The notes below the pieces were generated by a model. That model searched no databases. It saw nothing but the letters and a program-made list of their open reading frames with translations, and was not told the origin of the DNA. Positions 8,310-18,719 of a stretch of 64,000 bases of DNA are shown one piece after another. The stretch is from Candidatus Thermofontivivens primus (lineage in GTDB: Bacteria > Sysuimicrobiota > Sysuimicrobiia > Sysuimicrobiales > Thermofontiviventaceae). How positions within the stretch are numbered: position 1 is the first letter of the stretch; every line of letters begins with the position of its first letter. Location: contig JAVKJW010000001.1 of NCBI GenBank assembly GCA_031458695.1, positions 292,248-356,247 on the forward strand, in the 5' to 3' direction. Position numbers and translations under genes: made by a program.

Positions 8310-10064
8310 ATGGAATACGCTCGCATTGCGGAAGCTTATGAGCGTATCGAGCGGACCACCGGTCGGTTGGAGATGACCCAGCTCCTTGTGGACCTGTTCA
8401 AGATGACCCCCAAGGCAGTCCTCCCTCAAGTGGTTTACCTGACTCAGGGGAAACTCTATCCCGATTACGTGGGGGTGGAGGTGGGGGTCGCGGAGAAACT
8501 GGCGATCCGAGCCGTCGCCCAGGCCGCTTCGGTGAGCGAGACAGAGGTCCAGAAGCAGCTCCACGCCCTCGGGGACTTGGGAGAAGCCACCATGCGCCTG
8601 ATGGAGGGGCATCGCCCGAAAGGGGAGCGTCTTACCGTGCAAGACGTCTACTCCACCCTGGACGAGATGGCCAGGGCGTCGGGGGCAGGATCCCAGGAGA
8701 AGAAGATCAACCTGCTCCGAGATCTCCTGCGGAGGGCCTCCCCGAAAGAGGCCAAGTACATTGTCCGCACGGTCACGGGGAAGCTACGCCTGGGTGTTGG
8801 GGATATGACCGTCCTCGATGCGCTCGCTGTGGCCCTCGCAGGGGACAAGAGGTTCAGGGTGGATCTTGAGCGTGCCTATAACCTCTCCTCGGATTTGGGG
8901 CTTGTCGCCGAGACCCTGGCGAAGGGTGGGATCGAGGAGGTTCGGAAGTTCCACGTTTCCGTGGGGCACCCTATCCGGCCCATGCTCGCCGAGCGTCTGG
9001 CGTCCCCCGAGGAGATCCTTCAGAAGCTGGGCGGACGGTGCATTGCTGAATACAAGTACGACGGCGAACGAGTCCAGGTCCACAAAAGAGGGAAGGATGT
9101 GGTCCTCTATAGCAGACGCCTGGAAAATATCACGGCGCAGTATCCCGACGCCATTGAGCTGGTTCGAGCCCACGTCAAGGCAAAGGACGCGATCATTGAG
9201 TGCGAGGCCGTCGCCATCGATCCCGATACCGGTGAGCTGCGTCCGTTCCAGGAGCTCATGCACCGGCGGCGCAAGTACGGGATCCGCGAAGCGATGGAGC
9301 TCTACCCTATCTCCCTGTTCGCCTTCGAGGTCCTCTACGTCGATGGGCAGGATCTCACGTTAAAGTCCTATGAGGAGCGCCACCGCATGCTGGAGAAGAT
9401 CATCGAGCCCTCTGATCGGTTCCGTATCGCCGAATACCTGATCACCGAGGACCCGGAAGAACTCGAGCTCTTCTTCCAGCGGGCCATCCAGGATGGATGC
9501 GAGGGAGTCATCTGCAAAGCGGTCCATCCCAAGGCCGTCTACCAAGCGGGAGCGCGGGGATGGTTGTGGATCAAGTACAAGCGGGACTACAAGAGCGAGA
9601 TGACCGACACAGTGGATCTCGTCGTGGTTGGCGCCTTCTACGGGCGTGGCAGGAGAGGAGGGACCTATGGAGCGCTCCTCCTTGCTGCGTACGACCCCAA
9701 GGCCGACCTCTTCCGGTCCGTTACCAAATGTGGCTCAGGGTTCTCGGATGAAGACCTCGAACAGCTCCCCAAGCGCCTCAAGGAATACAAACTGGATCAC
9801 CGACACCCCAGGGTAGACTCCAAGATGGAGGCCGATGTCTGGTTCGCCCCTGGGATGGTGATCGAGGTGATCGGTGCGGAGATTACCTTGAGTCCAACGC
9901 ACACCTGCGGATGGGGCGCGATAAAACCCAATGCCGGCCTCGCCATTCGGTTCCCCCGGTTCACGGGGAGGTACCGCGATGATAAGTCTCCCGAGGATGC
10001 CACGACGTGTGAGGAGATCATCTCGATGTACCAGCGGCAGCTCAAGACTGTCGCCGCGAGCTAA
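8310..10064 (+). CDS. lig: ATP-dependent DNA ligase, archaeal/eukaryal Lig1-type with N-terminal DNA-binding domain
   Basis: EYKYDGER (motif I), EGVICK, WIKYKRDY, DLVVVGAFYGRG, IRFPRF. Confidence 0.95.
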   Translation: MEYARIAEAYERIERTTGRLEMTQLLVDLFKMTPKAVLPQVVYLTQGKLYPDYVGVEVGVAEKLAIRAVAQAASVSETEVQKQLHALGDLGEATMRLMEGHRPKGERLTVQDVYSTLDEMARASGAGSQEKKINLLRDLLRRASPKEAKYIVRTVTGKLRLGVGDMTVLDALAVALAGDKRFRVDLERAYNLSSDLGLVAETLAKGGIEEVRKFHVSVGHPIRPMLAERLASPEEILQKLGGRCIAEYKYDGERVQVHKRGKDVVLYSRRLENITAQYPDAIELVRAHVKAKDAIIECEAVAIDPDTGELRPFQELMHRRRKYGIREAMELYPISLFAFEVLYVDGQDLTLKSYEERHRMLEKIIEPSDRFRIAEYLITEDPEELELFFQRAIQDGCEGVICKAVHPKAVYQAGARGWLWIKYKRDYKSEMTDTVDLVVVGAFYGRGRRGGTYGALLLAAYDPKADLFRSVTKCGSGFSDEDLEQLPKRLKEYKLDHRHPRVDSKMEADVWFAPGMVIEVIGAEITLSPTHTCGWGAIKPNAGLAIRFPRFTGRYRDDKSPEDATTCEEIISMYQRQLKTVAAS

Positions 10065-10146
10065 GCACCCTTAAGCGTGGATTGCGTTCATCCCGGCCCG
10101 CGCGCTCACGGGGTTCAACAGAACCAACAACCAGGGAGAGGGACCT

Positions 10147-11091
10147 ATGCGCTATCGATGGAAGGACGAGCAGGAAGAGATCATGCGGGGAGTGTGGTTC
10201 TACGATTGGTACACACCCGATACCTTCCATGCCTATCGCATCGGCCGGACCCTCGTGGACCGCAGGACGAAGTTCCAGCACGTGGTGATCCAGGAGAGCC
10301 CCTCCTTAGGGTTGTGCCTGATCCTTGACGGGAAGATCCAATCGGTCGAGGCAGATGAGTATATCTACCATGAGCTCCTTGTTCATCCCGCCATGACCAC
10401 GCACCCTGCGCCACGCACGGTGCTCATCCTCGGTGGAGGGGAAGGGGCGACCCTCCGGGAGGTCCTCAAGCATCCCACTGTGGAGTCCGTGACGATGGTC
10501 GATATCGACGAGGAACTCGTTGACCTTTGCCGCACCTACCTCCCCTCCTGGCATCAGAACAGCTTCGAGGACCCCCGTGTGAGGATGGTGTATGACGATG
10601 CCCGGAGATACCTTGCCGAGCATGAAGAACAGTACGACGTGATTATCAACGACGTGACCGATCCCGTCTCCGATTCCGCCTCCATCCACCTGTTCACCAA
10701 GGAGTTCTTTGCCCTTCTCGCATCCCGGTTGAAAGAGGGGGGGATCGTCGTAGCCCAGGCTCTCGGCATCCGCTACGATCGGCAGGATATCCACCATGCG
10801 GCGATCCACCGAACTCTTAAGACCGCGTTCCCCATTGTGCGATCCTATGCCGAGTTCATTTTCTCGTTTGATTCCCTGTGGGGATTCGTAACGGGCTCCT
10901 CCGTGCACGATCCCCTGGCTCTCTCCTCTGGGGAGGTAGACAACCGGCTCGCCAAGCGGAACCTGCAGGGACTCCGTTTTTACGACGGCCAGACCCACAT
11001 CCGGATCTTTCACCTCCCCAAAGTCCTGCGGAGGGCACTGGAGGGAGAAGAGAGAGTCATCGATGACGCTACACCTCTCACGATCTCCTGA
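10147..11091 (+). CDS. Second polyamine aminopropyltransferase (Thermus SpeE / thermospermine-synthase-like)
   Basis: ILGGGEGATLREVLKH, YHELLVHPAM, DVTDP; alternative start at 10183. Confidence 0.88.
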   Translation: MRYRWKDEQEEIMRGVWFYDWYTPDTFHAYRIGRTLVDRRTKFQHVVIQESPSLGLCLILDGKIQSVEADEYIYHELLVHPAMTTHPAPRTVLILGGGEGATLREVLKHPTVESVTMVDIDEELVDLCRTYLPSWHQNSFEDPRVRMVYDDARRYLAEHEEQYDVIINDVTDPVSDSASIHLFTKEFFALLASRLKEGGIVVAQALGIRYDRQDIHHAAIHRTLKTAFPIVRSYAEFIFSFDSLWGFVTGSSVHDPLALSSGEVDNRLAKRNLQGLRFYDGQTHIRIFHLPKVLRRALEGEERVIDDATPLTIS

Positions 11092-11182
11092 GCCCCTCAG
11101 CCCGGATCCTTCCCTTTGGCTCCGCTTGGGGTCAGGGCGCCTTAGGCATTCCTACGAAGGCGCCGGCCCAGGAGGAGAGGCT

Positions 11183-11641
11183 CTGCGAGGGGAAAGCAAA
11201 GGATTCCGTGGACTTGTATTCACCGCAGGAACCAGCACCCGCTCGCGTGAGGAATTCCTCCACCTCCTGCGAGCCTTCGGGATCGAAGTTGTCGTGGACG
11301 TCCGGAGGTTCCCGACGAGCCAGCGGTTCCCCCATTTCGTCCAAGAGAATTTCCGGGCCTTCCTGGAGGAGGCGGGCATCGCCTACGTCCATCTCGGGAG
11401 GGAGCTCGGCGGATACCGGCCAGGGGGCTATGAGGCCTTCATGGAGACAAGGCTGTTTCAGGAGGGGATCCTTCGTCTGGAAGCGCTTGCACGAGAGAAG
11501 AAGGTTGTGGTGGTTTGCAGCGAGCGCTTCCCATGGCGCTGCCATCGAAGATTCATTGCCCGTGCGCTCCAGTCCCGATCCTGGGAGGTCGTCCATCTCA
11601 TCGAACCTGGCCGTGTGTGGCGACCGGGCACGCATGTGTGA
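11183..11641 (+). CDS. DUF488-family protein
   Basis: FTAGTS, VVDVRRFP, CSERFPWRCHR; start uncertain (CTG after AGGAGG at 11183, or ATG at 11063 overlapping the upstream gene). Confidence 0.75.
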   Translation: MRGESKGFRGLVFTAGTSTRSREEFLHLLRAFGIEVVVDVRRFPTSQRFPHFVQENFRAFLEEAGIAYVHLGRELGGYRPGGYEAFMETRLFQEGILRLEALAREKKVVVVCSERFPWRCHRRFIARALQSRSWEVVHLIEPGRVWRPGTHV

Positions 11642-11750
11642 AGGCGATCAGTGACCCTCCCTCGCCAAACTTCATTTTGGCGGGGTGAGTCCGGTGGAGG
11701 CCGACGGCCGGGAGCGAAGGGGAGACGTGAGCACAGCCGCAGGGTTGAGT

Positions 11751-13004
11751 TCACTCCCACACCCTGCGGTCCTCGATCTTTTTGGCATCTAGTGGAATCG
11801 TCCCTGGGGGAACGATCTTGACATCTGCACGCAGCTTGAGGTTCTCACGGATGAGGAGAGCAATCTTCTCTTGCAGGGCGTGGTGGTCTGGCCCCTCATT
11901 ATGTAGCTCGACCAGAAGTTCCAGCTCATCCTGATCCTTTGGTCTCGTCACCACGAACTGATAGCGCGCCACCTCCGACACCTGGGAGAGGGCGCGGTCG
12001 GCCTCGAGGGGGTGGAGGAAGATCCCCCGCACTTTCACAGCATCCCCCACGCGTCCAATGACGCGCACGAGGCGCGGGCTCGTCCTTCCGCACGGGCAGG
12101 GATCCACGGTGAGAGAGGAGAGGTCCCCGGTGGCCATGCGAACCAGGGGGTAGACCTTGCTGAGGAATGTCACCACAACCTCCCCCACTTGCCCCGGAGG
12201 GAGGGGAGCAGAGCTTTCCGGGTCGAGGATCTCTACCAGGACACGGCTGGATAGGTGCATCCCCATCCTCAGGGGGCACTCGTAGGCGATGAGGCCAACA
12301 TCCGCCGTTCCGTATCCTTGACTGATCCGGATCCGGTATGCTTCCTCCAATCGTTTCCTCCCTGCCTCAGGGACCATCTCCCCGGTCACGAACGCAACCC
12401 TCAGGGGGGACTGTTCTGCCAATTTGTGGAGGAGGGTGGAAAGAAAGCTGAAGGTGCCAGTGAACCCGTTGGCACCGAGGTCCAGGACTGCCCTGGCCTG
12501 GATCTCGGTGTTCCCGACGCCACCGGGGATCACCACGCATCCGAGCACGCTGAGGGCCTGGTCGAGCATCTGGCCCGCCGGGGTCAGGTGATAACTGAAG
12601 GTGTTGAGGACCAGATCACCACGGCGAAACCCCGCAGCATGAAGTGCAGGGGCGAAGCCCCAGTAATCCTGCTCCGTCCCTTCGGGGTCGTAGATAGGCC
12701 CGGGGGAGACGAAGATCCGTCGGAGCTGGTCGCGGGAGACGGCCAGGAACCCGCCGAAAGGGAGGGAACGCTGTTGGATCTCCGGGAGCTGATCCTTCTT
12801 GGTCACGGGGAGGCGATGGAGGTCGTCGATGGTGCGGATCTCCTCCGGCTGGATTCCAGCTTGGTGGAACAAGGCGTTCACTGCCGGGGCTCTCTCGTAG
12901 GCCCACTGGAGGACCTCCCGAAGCCGCGCTTCTTGGGCCGCAGCGCGTGCTTCAAGAGGAAGCGCCTCCTCCGGGTCAAACAAGACGTACGATGGGTCGG
13001 TCAT
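11751..13004 (-). CDS. Phenylacetate-CoA ligase-like AMP-forming enzyme (PaaK family)
   Basis: LPVTKK, SPGPIYDP, YGTADVG, TGDLS, GRVGDAVKVRG. Confidence 0.85.
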   Translation of the reverse strand: MTDPSYVLFDPEEALPLEARAAAQEARLREVLQWAYERAPAVNALFHQAGIQPEEIRTIDDLHRLPVTKKDQLPEIQQRSLPFGGFLAVSRDQLRRIFVSPGPIYDPEGTEQDYWGFAPALHAAGFRRGDLVLNTFSYHLTPAGQMLDQALSVLGCVVIPGGVGNTEIQARAVLDLGANGFTGTFSFLSTLLHKLAEQSPLRVAFVTGEMVPEAGRKRLEEAYRIRISQGYGTADVGLIAYECPLRMGMHLSSRVLVEILDPESSAPLPPGQVGEVVVTFLSKVYPLVRMATGDLSSLTVDPCPCGRTSPRLVRVIGRVGDAVKVRGIFLHPLEADRALSQVSEVARYQFVVTRPKDQDELELLVELHNEGPDHHALQEKIALLIRENLKLRADVKIVPPGTIPLDAKKIEDRRVWE

Positions 13005-13103
13005 CCCCCCTCACCCCTTGCCCTATACAGTTCGCCGGAAGGAGTTTGACACCTCTCCAGAGTATTAAAGGATCCAAATTATGCGAACATTCCGTACCCC
13101 TCC

Positions 13104-13865
13104 ATGCTCCAGGTTGAGGATCTCCATGTGAGCTTCAAAGGAGTCCAGGCGCTGCGCGGAGTGAGCTTCTCCGTCGAACCAGGGGAGATCCTCGGGATCA
13201 TCGGACCAAACGGCGCCGGAAAGACAAGCGTCCTTAACTGCATCAACGGGTTCTATCGGCCGCAACGGGGAAGAATCATCTTCCACGGTAAGGAGATCAC
13301 CCACCTTCCCCCGGACGCCCGCGCGGCCATGGGGATCGCCAGGACCTTTCAGAACATCGCCCTCTATAGGGGGATGAGCGTGCTCGACAACATCATGTCA
13401 GGACGCATCCATCACATGCGGTCCAACCTCCTTGCCTGCGGCCTTTGGTTTGGACCGGCCCAGCGGGAGCACACCGCGCACCGTCGCGTGGTCGAGGAGA
13501 TCATCGACTTCCTGGAGATCGAGGAATACCGCTACCACCCGGTGGCCGACCTCCCCTACGGGATCCAGAAGAAGGTCGAGCTGGGAAGGGCCCTGGCGAT
13601 GGAACCACGGATTCTCCTGCTCGATGAGCCCATGGCTGGGATGAGCGTCGATGAGAAGATGGATATGGCCCGGTATATCCTGGAACTCAAAGAGGTGCGA
13701 GGCCTCCCTATCCTGCTTATTGAGCACGATATGGGCGTGGTTATGGACATCTCCGACCGTCTCATCGCGATGGACTACGGCGTCAAGATCGCAGAGGGAC
13801 CCCCCTCGGAGATCCAGAATCATCCAGCTGTGATCCAGGCCTATCTCGGGGAGGAGGCGGGATGA
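13104..13865 (+). CDS. HAAT ABC ATPase (LivG-like)
   Basis: GPNGAGKT, LPYGIQK, LLLDEP, IEHDM. Confidence 0.92.
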   Translation: MLQVEDLHVSFKGVQALRGVSFSVEPGEILGIIGPNGAGKTSVLNCINGFYRPQRGRIIFHGKEITHLPPDARAAMGIARTFQNIALYRGMSVLDNIMSGRIHHMRSNLLACGLWFGPAQREHTAHRRVVEEIIDFLEIEEYRYHPVADLPYGIQKKVELGRALAMEPRILLLDEPMAGMSVDEKMDMARYILELKEVRGLPILLIEHDMGVVMDISDRLIAMDYGVKIAEGPPSEIQNHPAVIQAYLGEEAG

Positions 13866-15829
13866 CGGCCGTGCAGGCACCTGCAGAGGTGAAGCGGCGG
13901 GGCCCACGAGAACCTTTGGAGGTCTCCCCTGACCTCGATACCTTTCCCAAGCTTCTCATGCACAATGCCCAGCGCTTTGGCCATGGAAAGGTGGCTTTTC
14001 GGGAAAAGGAGATGGGGATTTGGCAGGGGATCACATGGCAAGAGTACCTAAACCACGTGCGGACTTTCTCCCTTGGGCTTGTGGAGCTTGGCTTCCAAAA
14101 GGGGGAGGTTCTCGCCATCATCGGGGATAATCGGCCGGAGCTCTACTACGCCGCGCTGGGGGCCCAGGCTGCGGGAGGGATCTCCTACGCCCTTTATCAG
14201 GACAGCCTTGCTGAGCAGCTTGCGATCTTACTTGACTTCTCCGATGCGCGGTTTGTCTTCTGCGAGGACCAGGAGCAGGCCGACAAAGTCCTGGAGATGG
14301 AGGACCGCCTCCCCAAAATCGTCCGCATCATCGTGGACGACTGGAGGGGGATGTGGCGGTACCGCCACCCCAAGCTGATCTCCTTTCAGGAGGTGGAGCG
14401 ACTGGGGGAGGAGGCATCCCGCAGGGATCCCGGGCGATTTGCGGCCATGGTCTCCCAGGGGAAGGGCGACGACGTGGCCATCTTCTGCCAGACCTCCGGG
14501 ACAACCGCCCTCCCCAAGCTCGCCATGCTGACCTACAGGAACCTCCTCTCCCAGGCCTGCAACTTCCGCCAAGTCGAGGCGATCTCCGAGCGCGACGAGT
14601 TCGTCTCCTACCTGCCCTTCGCCTGGATCGGAGAGCAGATGATCTCCGTCTCCCTCCACCTCCTGGCAGGGTTTACGGTGAACTTCCCGGAGGAGCCGGA
14701 GACGGCCCAGCGCGACTTCCGGGAGATCGGACCGCACTTTACCTTTGCGCCCCCGCGCATCTGGGAAGGGATCCACTCCTCCATCATGGTCCGGATCATG
14801 GACAGTGGGTGGGTCCGGAGGCGGATCTTCGACCTCGCCATGCATCTCGGGGAGAGGTTCGTGCATATGGAGTCCGAAGGGAAGCCCCTTCCCTTTTGGC
14901 TCAAGCTCGCACGGCTCCTTTCTTACTGGCTTGTCTACCGGCCAGTCCTGGACAAAGCAGGATTGCGGCGCATGCGCGTCGCCTGGACAGGAGGGGCTGC
15001 CCTGGGTCCTGACTACTTCAAATTCTTCCGCGCCCTCGGCCTGAACCTCAAACAGATCTATGGACAGACGGAGATCGCTGGGATCTCCTGCGTCCACAGG
15101 GACGGGCAGGTACGCTTCTGGACCATGGGTGCGCCGCTGCCAGAGACGGAGGTGCGCACCACCCCAGAGGGTGAGATCGTCAGCCGTAGCCCGAGCGTCT
15201 TCCTGGGGTATTACAAGAACCCTGAGGCGACGATGCAGGCCCTCAGGGACGGGTGGCTTTACTCCGGGGATTACGGCGCCATCGACCCGAGTGGGGACGT
15301 GATCTGCTTCGACCGCATGGGGGATGTCATCGAGCTTTCCGACGGCTCCAAGGTGGGGCCGCAGGTGATTGAGAATATGCTGAAGTTCACTCCCTACATC
15401 CAGGAGGCCATGGTGGTGGGAGGGAAGGAGCGGCCTTACCTTGCCGCGATCCTGAACATCGACATGCGCAACGTGGGGAAGTGGGCGGAAGATCGAGGGA
15501 TCGCCTACACCAGCTATACCGATCTCTCCCAGAAGCCCGAGGTGTTGGACCTCCTAGGAGGGATCGTCGCCGAGGTGAACCGGCGCCTGCGGCCGGAGTG
15601 GCGCATCCGCAGGTTCGTCTCCCTCTATAAGGAGTTCCATCCCGATGACGATGAGCTGACCAGGACCCGGAAGCTGAGGCGCCGGTTCATTGCGGAGCGG
15701 TATAAGGACCTCATCGAGGCCCTGTTCGGTGATCAAGAGACCTACCAGGCGACCTTCACCGTGCGGTACGAGGACGGGCGTATCGGGGAGATCCGGCCCG
15801 TGTTGCTGTTGCGGAGTGTGAAGGAGTAG
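13862..15829 (+). CDS. Long-chain acyl-CoA synthetase (AMP-binding)
   Basis: TSGTTALPK, YGQTE, GWLYSGD, ELTRTRKLRR. Confidence 0.9.
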   Translation: MTAVQAPAEVKRRGPREPLEVSPDLDTFPKLLMHNAQRFGHGKVAFREKEMGIWQGITWQEYLNHVRTFSLGLVELGFQKGEVLAIIGDNRPELYYAALGAQAAGGISYALYQDSLAEQLAILLDFSDARFVFCEDQEQADKVLEMEDRLPKIVRIIVDDWRGMWRYRHPKLISFQEVERLGEEASRRDPGRFAAMVSQGKGDDVAIFCQTSGTTALPKLAMLTYRNLLSQACNFRQVEAISERDEFVSYLPFAWIGEQMISVSLHLLAGFTVNFPEEPETAQRDFREIGPHFTFAPPRIWEGIHSSIMVRIMDSGWVRRRIFDLAMHLGERFVHMESEGKPLPFWLKLARLLSYWLVYRPVLDKAGLRRMRVAWTGGAALGPDYFKFFRALGLNLKQIYGQTEIAGISCVHRDGQVRFWTMGAPLPETEVRTTPEGEIVSRSPSVFLGYYKNPEATMQALRDGWLYSGDYGAIDPSGDVICFDRMGDVIELSDGSKVGPQVIENMLKFTPYIQEAMVVGGKERPYLAAILNIDMRNVGKWAEDRGIAYTSYTDLSQKPEVLDLLGGIVAEVNRRLRPEWRIRRFVSLYKEFHPDDDELTRTRKLRRRFIAERYKDLIEALFGDQETYQATFTVRYEDGRIGEIRPVLLLRSVKE

Positions 15830-15886
15830 AAGAATGGCTTCAGGGACATTGTTCCTCTTGCTTGGGCCAAGGCCTAGAGGCGGGAG

Positions 15887-16765
15887 ATGGAGTTCGTAGT
15901 CCAGTCTATGGTGATGGGGATTGCGGTAGGGAGCATCTATGCCCTCATCGCCCTTGGGTTCGCTCTTCTGTTCAAGGCTACGAAGGTCTTGAACCTCGCC
16001 CATGGGGAGCTCGTGCTCTTTGGCGGCTACCTGGCCATTGCTCTGACCGGTGTTCTCCCGTTCCCCCTGGCAGTGCTTGGGACTCTCGTCATCGCGGCGC
16101 TCCTGGGGTTCGCCGTCGAGCGGGTAATCATGCGCCCCCTGTTCGGGCAACCCCTCCTTTCGGTGATCATCGTGACCCTTGCCCTTGGCTACATCATCCG
16201 TGGGCTTATGGTGGGGATCTGGGGAGGGGATACCCGCCAGTTCCCTCCCGTTCTCCCAGCGGGCCTCATCCGCCTCGGCGGAGCGCAGGTCCCCCAGCTT
16301 GGGATCTGGAGCGCTTTGACTGCAATCCTGCTCCTTGCGGCATTTGGCCTCTTCTTCAAGATGACCTACCTAGGCATCGCCATGCGCGCAGCGGCCAATG
16401 AACAGCTCACCGCTTCCACCCTGGGCGTGAGCCTCACGCGGGTCGTGGCCTATGCGTGGGCCTTTGCGGCCATCGCTGCTGCAATCGGAGGGGTCCTCCT
16501 CGGTCTCTGGCTCGGGGTGAACGTCGCTCTGGGCTTCGTGGGGCTGAAGGCTCTCGCCGCAGTTATCCTGGGTGGCCTCGACAGTATCCCAGGTGCGATC
16601 CTGGGTGGCTTCATCGTGGGGCTTGTAGAGAACCTCATCGGGGGATATATCGACGCGCACATCATCTACGGGTTCAAGGATATCACCGCATTTCTGATCA
16701 TCCTGGCGGTCATGATGATTCGCCCCTACGGCCTGTTTGGGACGGAGCACATTGAGCGACTCTAA
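15887..16765 (+). CDS. HAAT ABC permease (LivH-like)
   Basis: GSIYALIALGF, NLAHGE, GGLDSIPGA, IRPYGLFG. Confidence 0.9.
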   Translation: MEFVVQSMVMGIAVGSIYALIALGFALLFKATKVLNLAHGELVLFGGYLAIALTGVLPFPLAVLGTLVIAALLGFAVERVIMRPLFGQPLLSVIIVTLALGYIIRGLMVGIWGGDTRQFPPVLPAGLIRLGGAQVPQLGIWSALTAILLLAAFGLFFKMTYLGIAMRAAANEQLTASTLGVSLTRVVAYAWAFAAIAAAIGGVLLGLWLGVNVALGFVGLKALAAVILGGLDSIPGAILGGFIVGLVENLIGGYIDAHIIYGFKDITAFLIILAVMMIRPYGLFGTEHIERL

Positions 16766-16857
16766 AGGTTCATTGCGTTGATCGGGTTCATCGGGTTCGG
16801 TGCGTGCGTACCCCCTCTCCCTTTGCGAGAGAGGGAATATGTGCGAGAGGGACTGAG

Positions 16858-17901
16858 ATGGCGGCTGTGCGCCCCTGTGGGGATTATAAGGTGAGCTACG
16901 CGGCAGATATGGCCTTGCTGGATACGGCCTTCTACCGAGTTGGGTTCGCCCTCCTCGTCCCTGCCCTCGCCGCCGCTCCCTTCCTCCTTGGCCGGTACAT
17001 CTTCCTGATGAACATCATCGGCATCTTCGCTATTGGTGCAACGGGCTTGGCCATCCTCACAGGGTTTACAGGGCAGATTTCCCTGGGGCATGCTGCGTTC
17101 ATGGCTGTAGGGGCCTATGTATCTGCCTTCGCATCTGAGCGGTTCGGATTTGCCTTCCCCGTGGCCATGGTGTTGGCCTGCTTGGTCGCCTTCCTGTTTG
17201 GGGCAGCCGTAGGACTTCCATCCCTGCGCATCAAGGGCCTCTACCTTGCCATCGCCACCCTTGCCTTCCAGTTCCTCATCGAGTACATGATCATCCACGC
17301 CACCGGGGGGACTGGGGCGATCCTTGTTCCGCCCGCAGGGGTGGGAGGGTTTGTTGTGGAGACGGAAGTGCAGTTCTACTATCTCCTGCTGGTCCTCTGG
17401 CTGGGGAGCGGGATCTTCGCGGCAAACATCATCCGGAGCCGGTACGGGCTTGCCTTCATGGCTGTGCGTGATCGAGACTATGCGGCGGAGGTCCTGGGGA
17501 TCAATCTGCTCCGGTACAAGGTGTTAAGCTTCGGATTGGCCGCGCTTTACGCAGGCCTCGCTGGGAGCCTTTGGGCCCACTACAACAAGCTTGTTACTCC
17601 CGAGCACTTCACCATCCTGACCTCCATCGACTACATCGCGATGATCGTGATCGGCGGGATGGGAAGCATCTGGGGACCGCACCTAGGTTCAGCGTTCGTC
17701 GTCTTCCTCTCCCAGGGCCTGAAGATCCTGACCCCACTGCTCATCAAAGTCCTCCCCATGTTCGGGAAGATCGCAGTCCCTGCGCGCGAGGTCCTGTTTG
17801 GGATGGTGATCATCGGCTTGCTGATCTGGGAGCCGGGGGGCCTAGCCATGCTCCTGAGGAAGTTCAAGCGGTACCTCGACCTGTGGCCTTTTGCGTACTG
17901 A
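16858..17901 (+). CDS. HAAT ABC permease (LivM-like)
   Basis: GQISLGHAAF, GLYLAIATLAF, IGGMGSIWG. Confidence 0.9.
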   Translation: MAAVRPCGDYKVSYAADMALLDTAFYRVGFALLVPALAAAPFLLGRYIFLMNIIGIFAIGATGLAILTGFTGQISLGHAAFMAVGAYVSAFASERFGFAFPVAMVLACLVAFLFGAAVGLPSLRIKGLYLAIATLAFQFLIEYMIIHATGGTGAILVPPAGVGGFVVETEVQFYYLLLVLWLGSGIFAANIIRSRYGLAFMAVRDRDYAAEVLGINLLRYKVLSFGLAALYAGLAGSLWAHYNKLVTPEHFTILTSIDYIAMIVIGGMGSIWGPHLGSAFVVFLSQGLKILTPLLIKVLPMFGKIAVPAREVLFGMVIIGLLIWEPGGLAMLLRKFKRYLDLWPFAY

Positions 17902-17925
17902 AGGAAGCCGGGAGGGAAGGAATGC

Positions 17926-18711
17926 TCAAGCCAACCAGCGCTTGCGGCGTTTGTAACTTTTGATCTCGTTGAACCTTCGCCTCCCCTCCTTGCTGATGCC
18001 CAAATAGAACTCCCGCACGTCCGCGTCCTCCCTGAGCTTTTCCGTAGGCCCATCCAAGACGATCTTCCCTGTCTCCATGACGTAGCCATAGCTGGCTAGC
18101 TCCAATGCCATCCTCGCGTTCTGCTCCACGATGAGGATGGTAATCCCCTCCTCCTCGTTGAGGCGCCGGATCAGTGCGAAGATCTCCCTGGCGAAGAGAG
18201 GAGCGAGGCCGAGGGAGGGTTCGTCGAGGAGGAGCAGCTTCGGCCGGGCCATGAGGGCGCACCCGATGGCAAGCATCTGTTGCTCGCCGCCGCTGAGGTA
18301 GCCTGCTCGGATGTGGCGGCGTTCCTTCAGCCTTGGGAAGTAATGATAGACCAGATCGAGCCTTTCGCGGGCGCCGCGGGGGTGGAGGGAGGCGCCGACG
18401 AGGAGGTTCTCCTCCACCCCCAACTCTTCAAACAGGCGCCTCCCCTCCCGGACCATAATGATGCCCCGGCGGGCGATTTCCTCCGGGAACCGGTTCTCGA
18501 TTCGTTCCCCCTCGAACTCAATAGTTCCCCTCGTGACCTCCCCGCGCTCCAGCTTGATGAGGCCTGAGATCGCCTTGAGGGTCGTCGTCTTCCCTGCACC
18601 GTTTGCTCCGACAATGGCCGTGATCCGTCCTGGGGGGACAATCAGGGAGATCCCCTTGAGCACCAGGATCGTTCCCCAGAACATCACCTCAATGTTGTTC
18701 ACGCTGAGCAT
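17926..18711 (-). CDS. HAAT ABC ATPase (LivF-like)
   Basis: GANGAGKT, LSGGEQQM, DEPSLGLAP, VEQN; C-terminal YKRRKRWL. Confidence 0.92.
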   Translation of the reverse strand: MLSVNNIEVMFWGTILVLKGISLIVPPGRITAIVGANGAGKTTTLKAISGLIKLERGEVTRGTIEFEGERIENRFPEEIARRGIIMVREGRRLFEELGVEENLLVGASLHPRGARERLDLVYHYFPRLKERRHIRAGYLSGGEQQMLAIGCALMARPKLLLLDEPSLGLAPLFAREIFALIRRLNEEEGITILIVEQNARMALELASYGYVMETGKIVLDGPTEKLREDADVREFYLGISKEGRRRFNEIKSYKRRKRWLA

Positions 18712-18719
18712 AGGAACGC

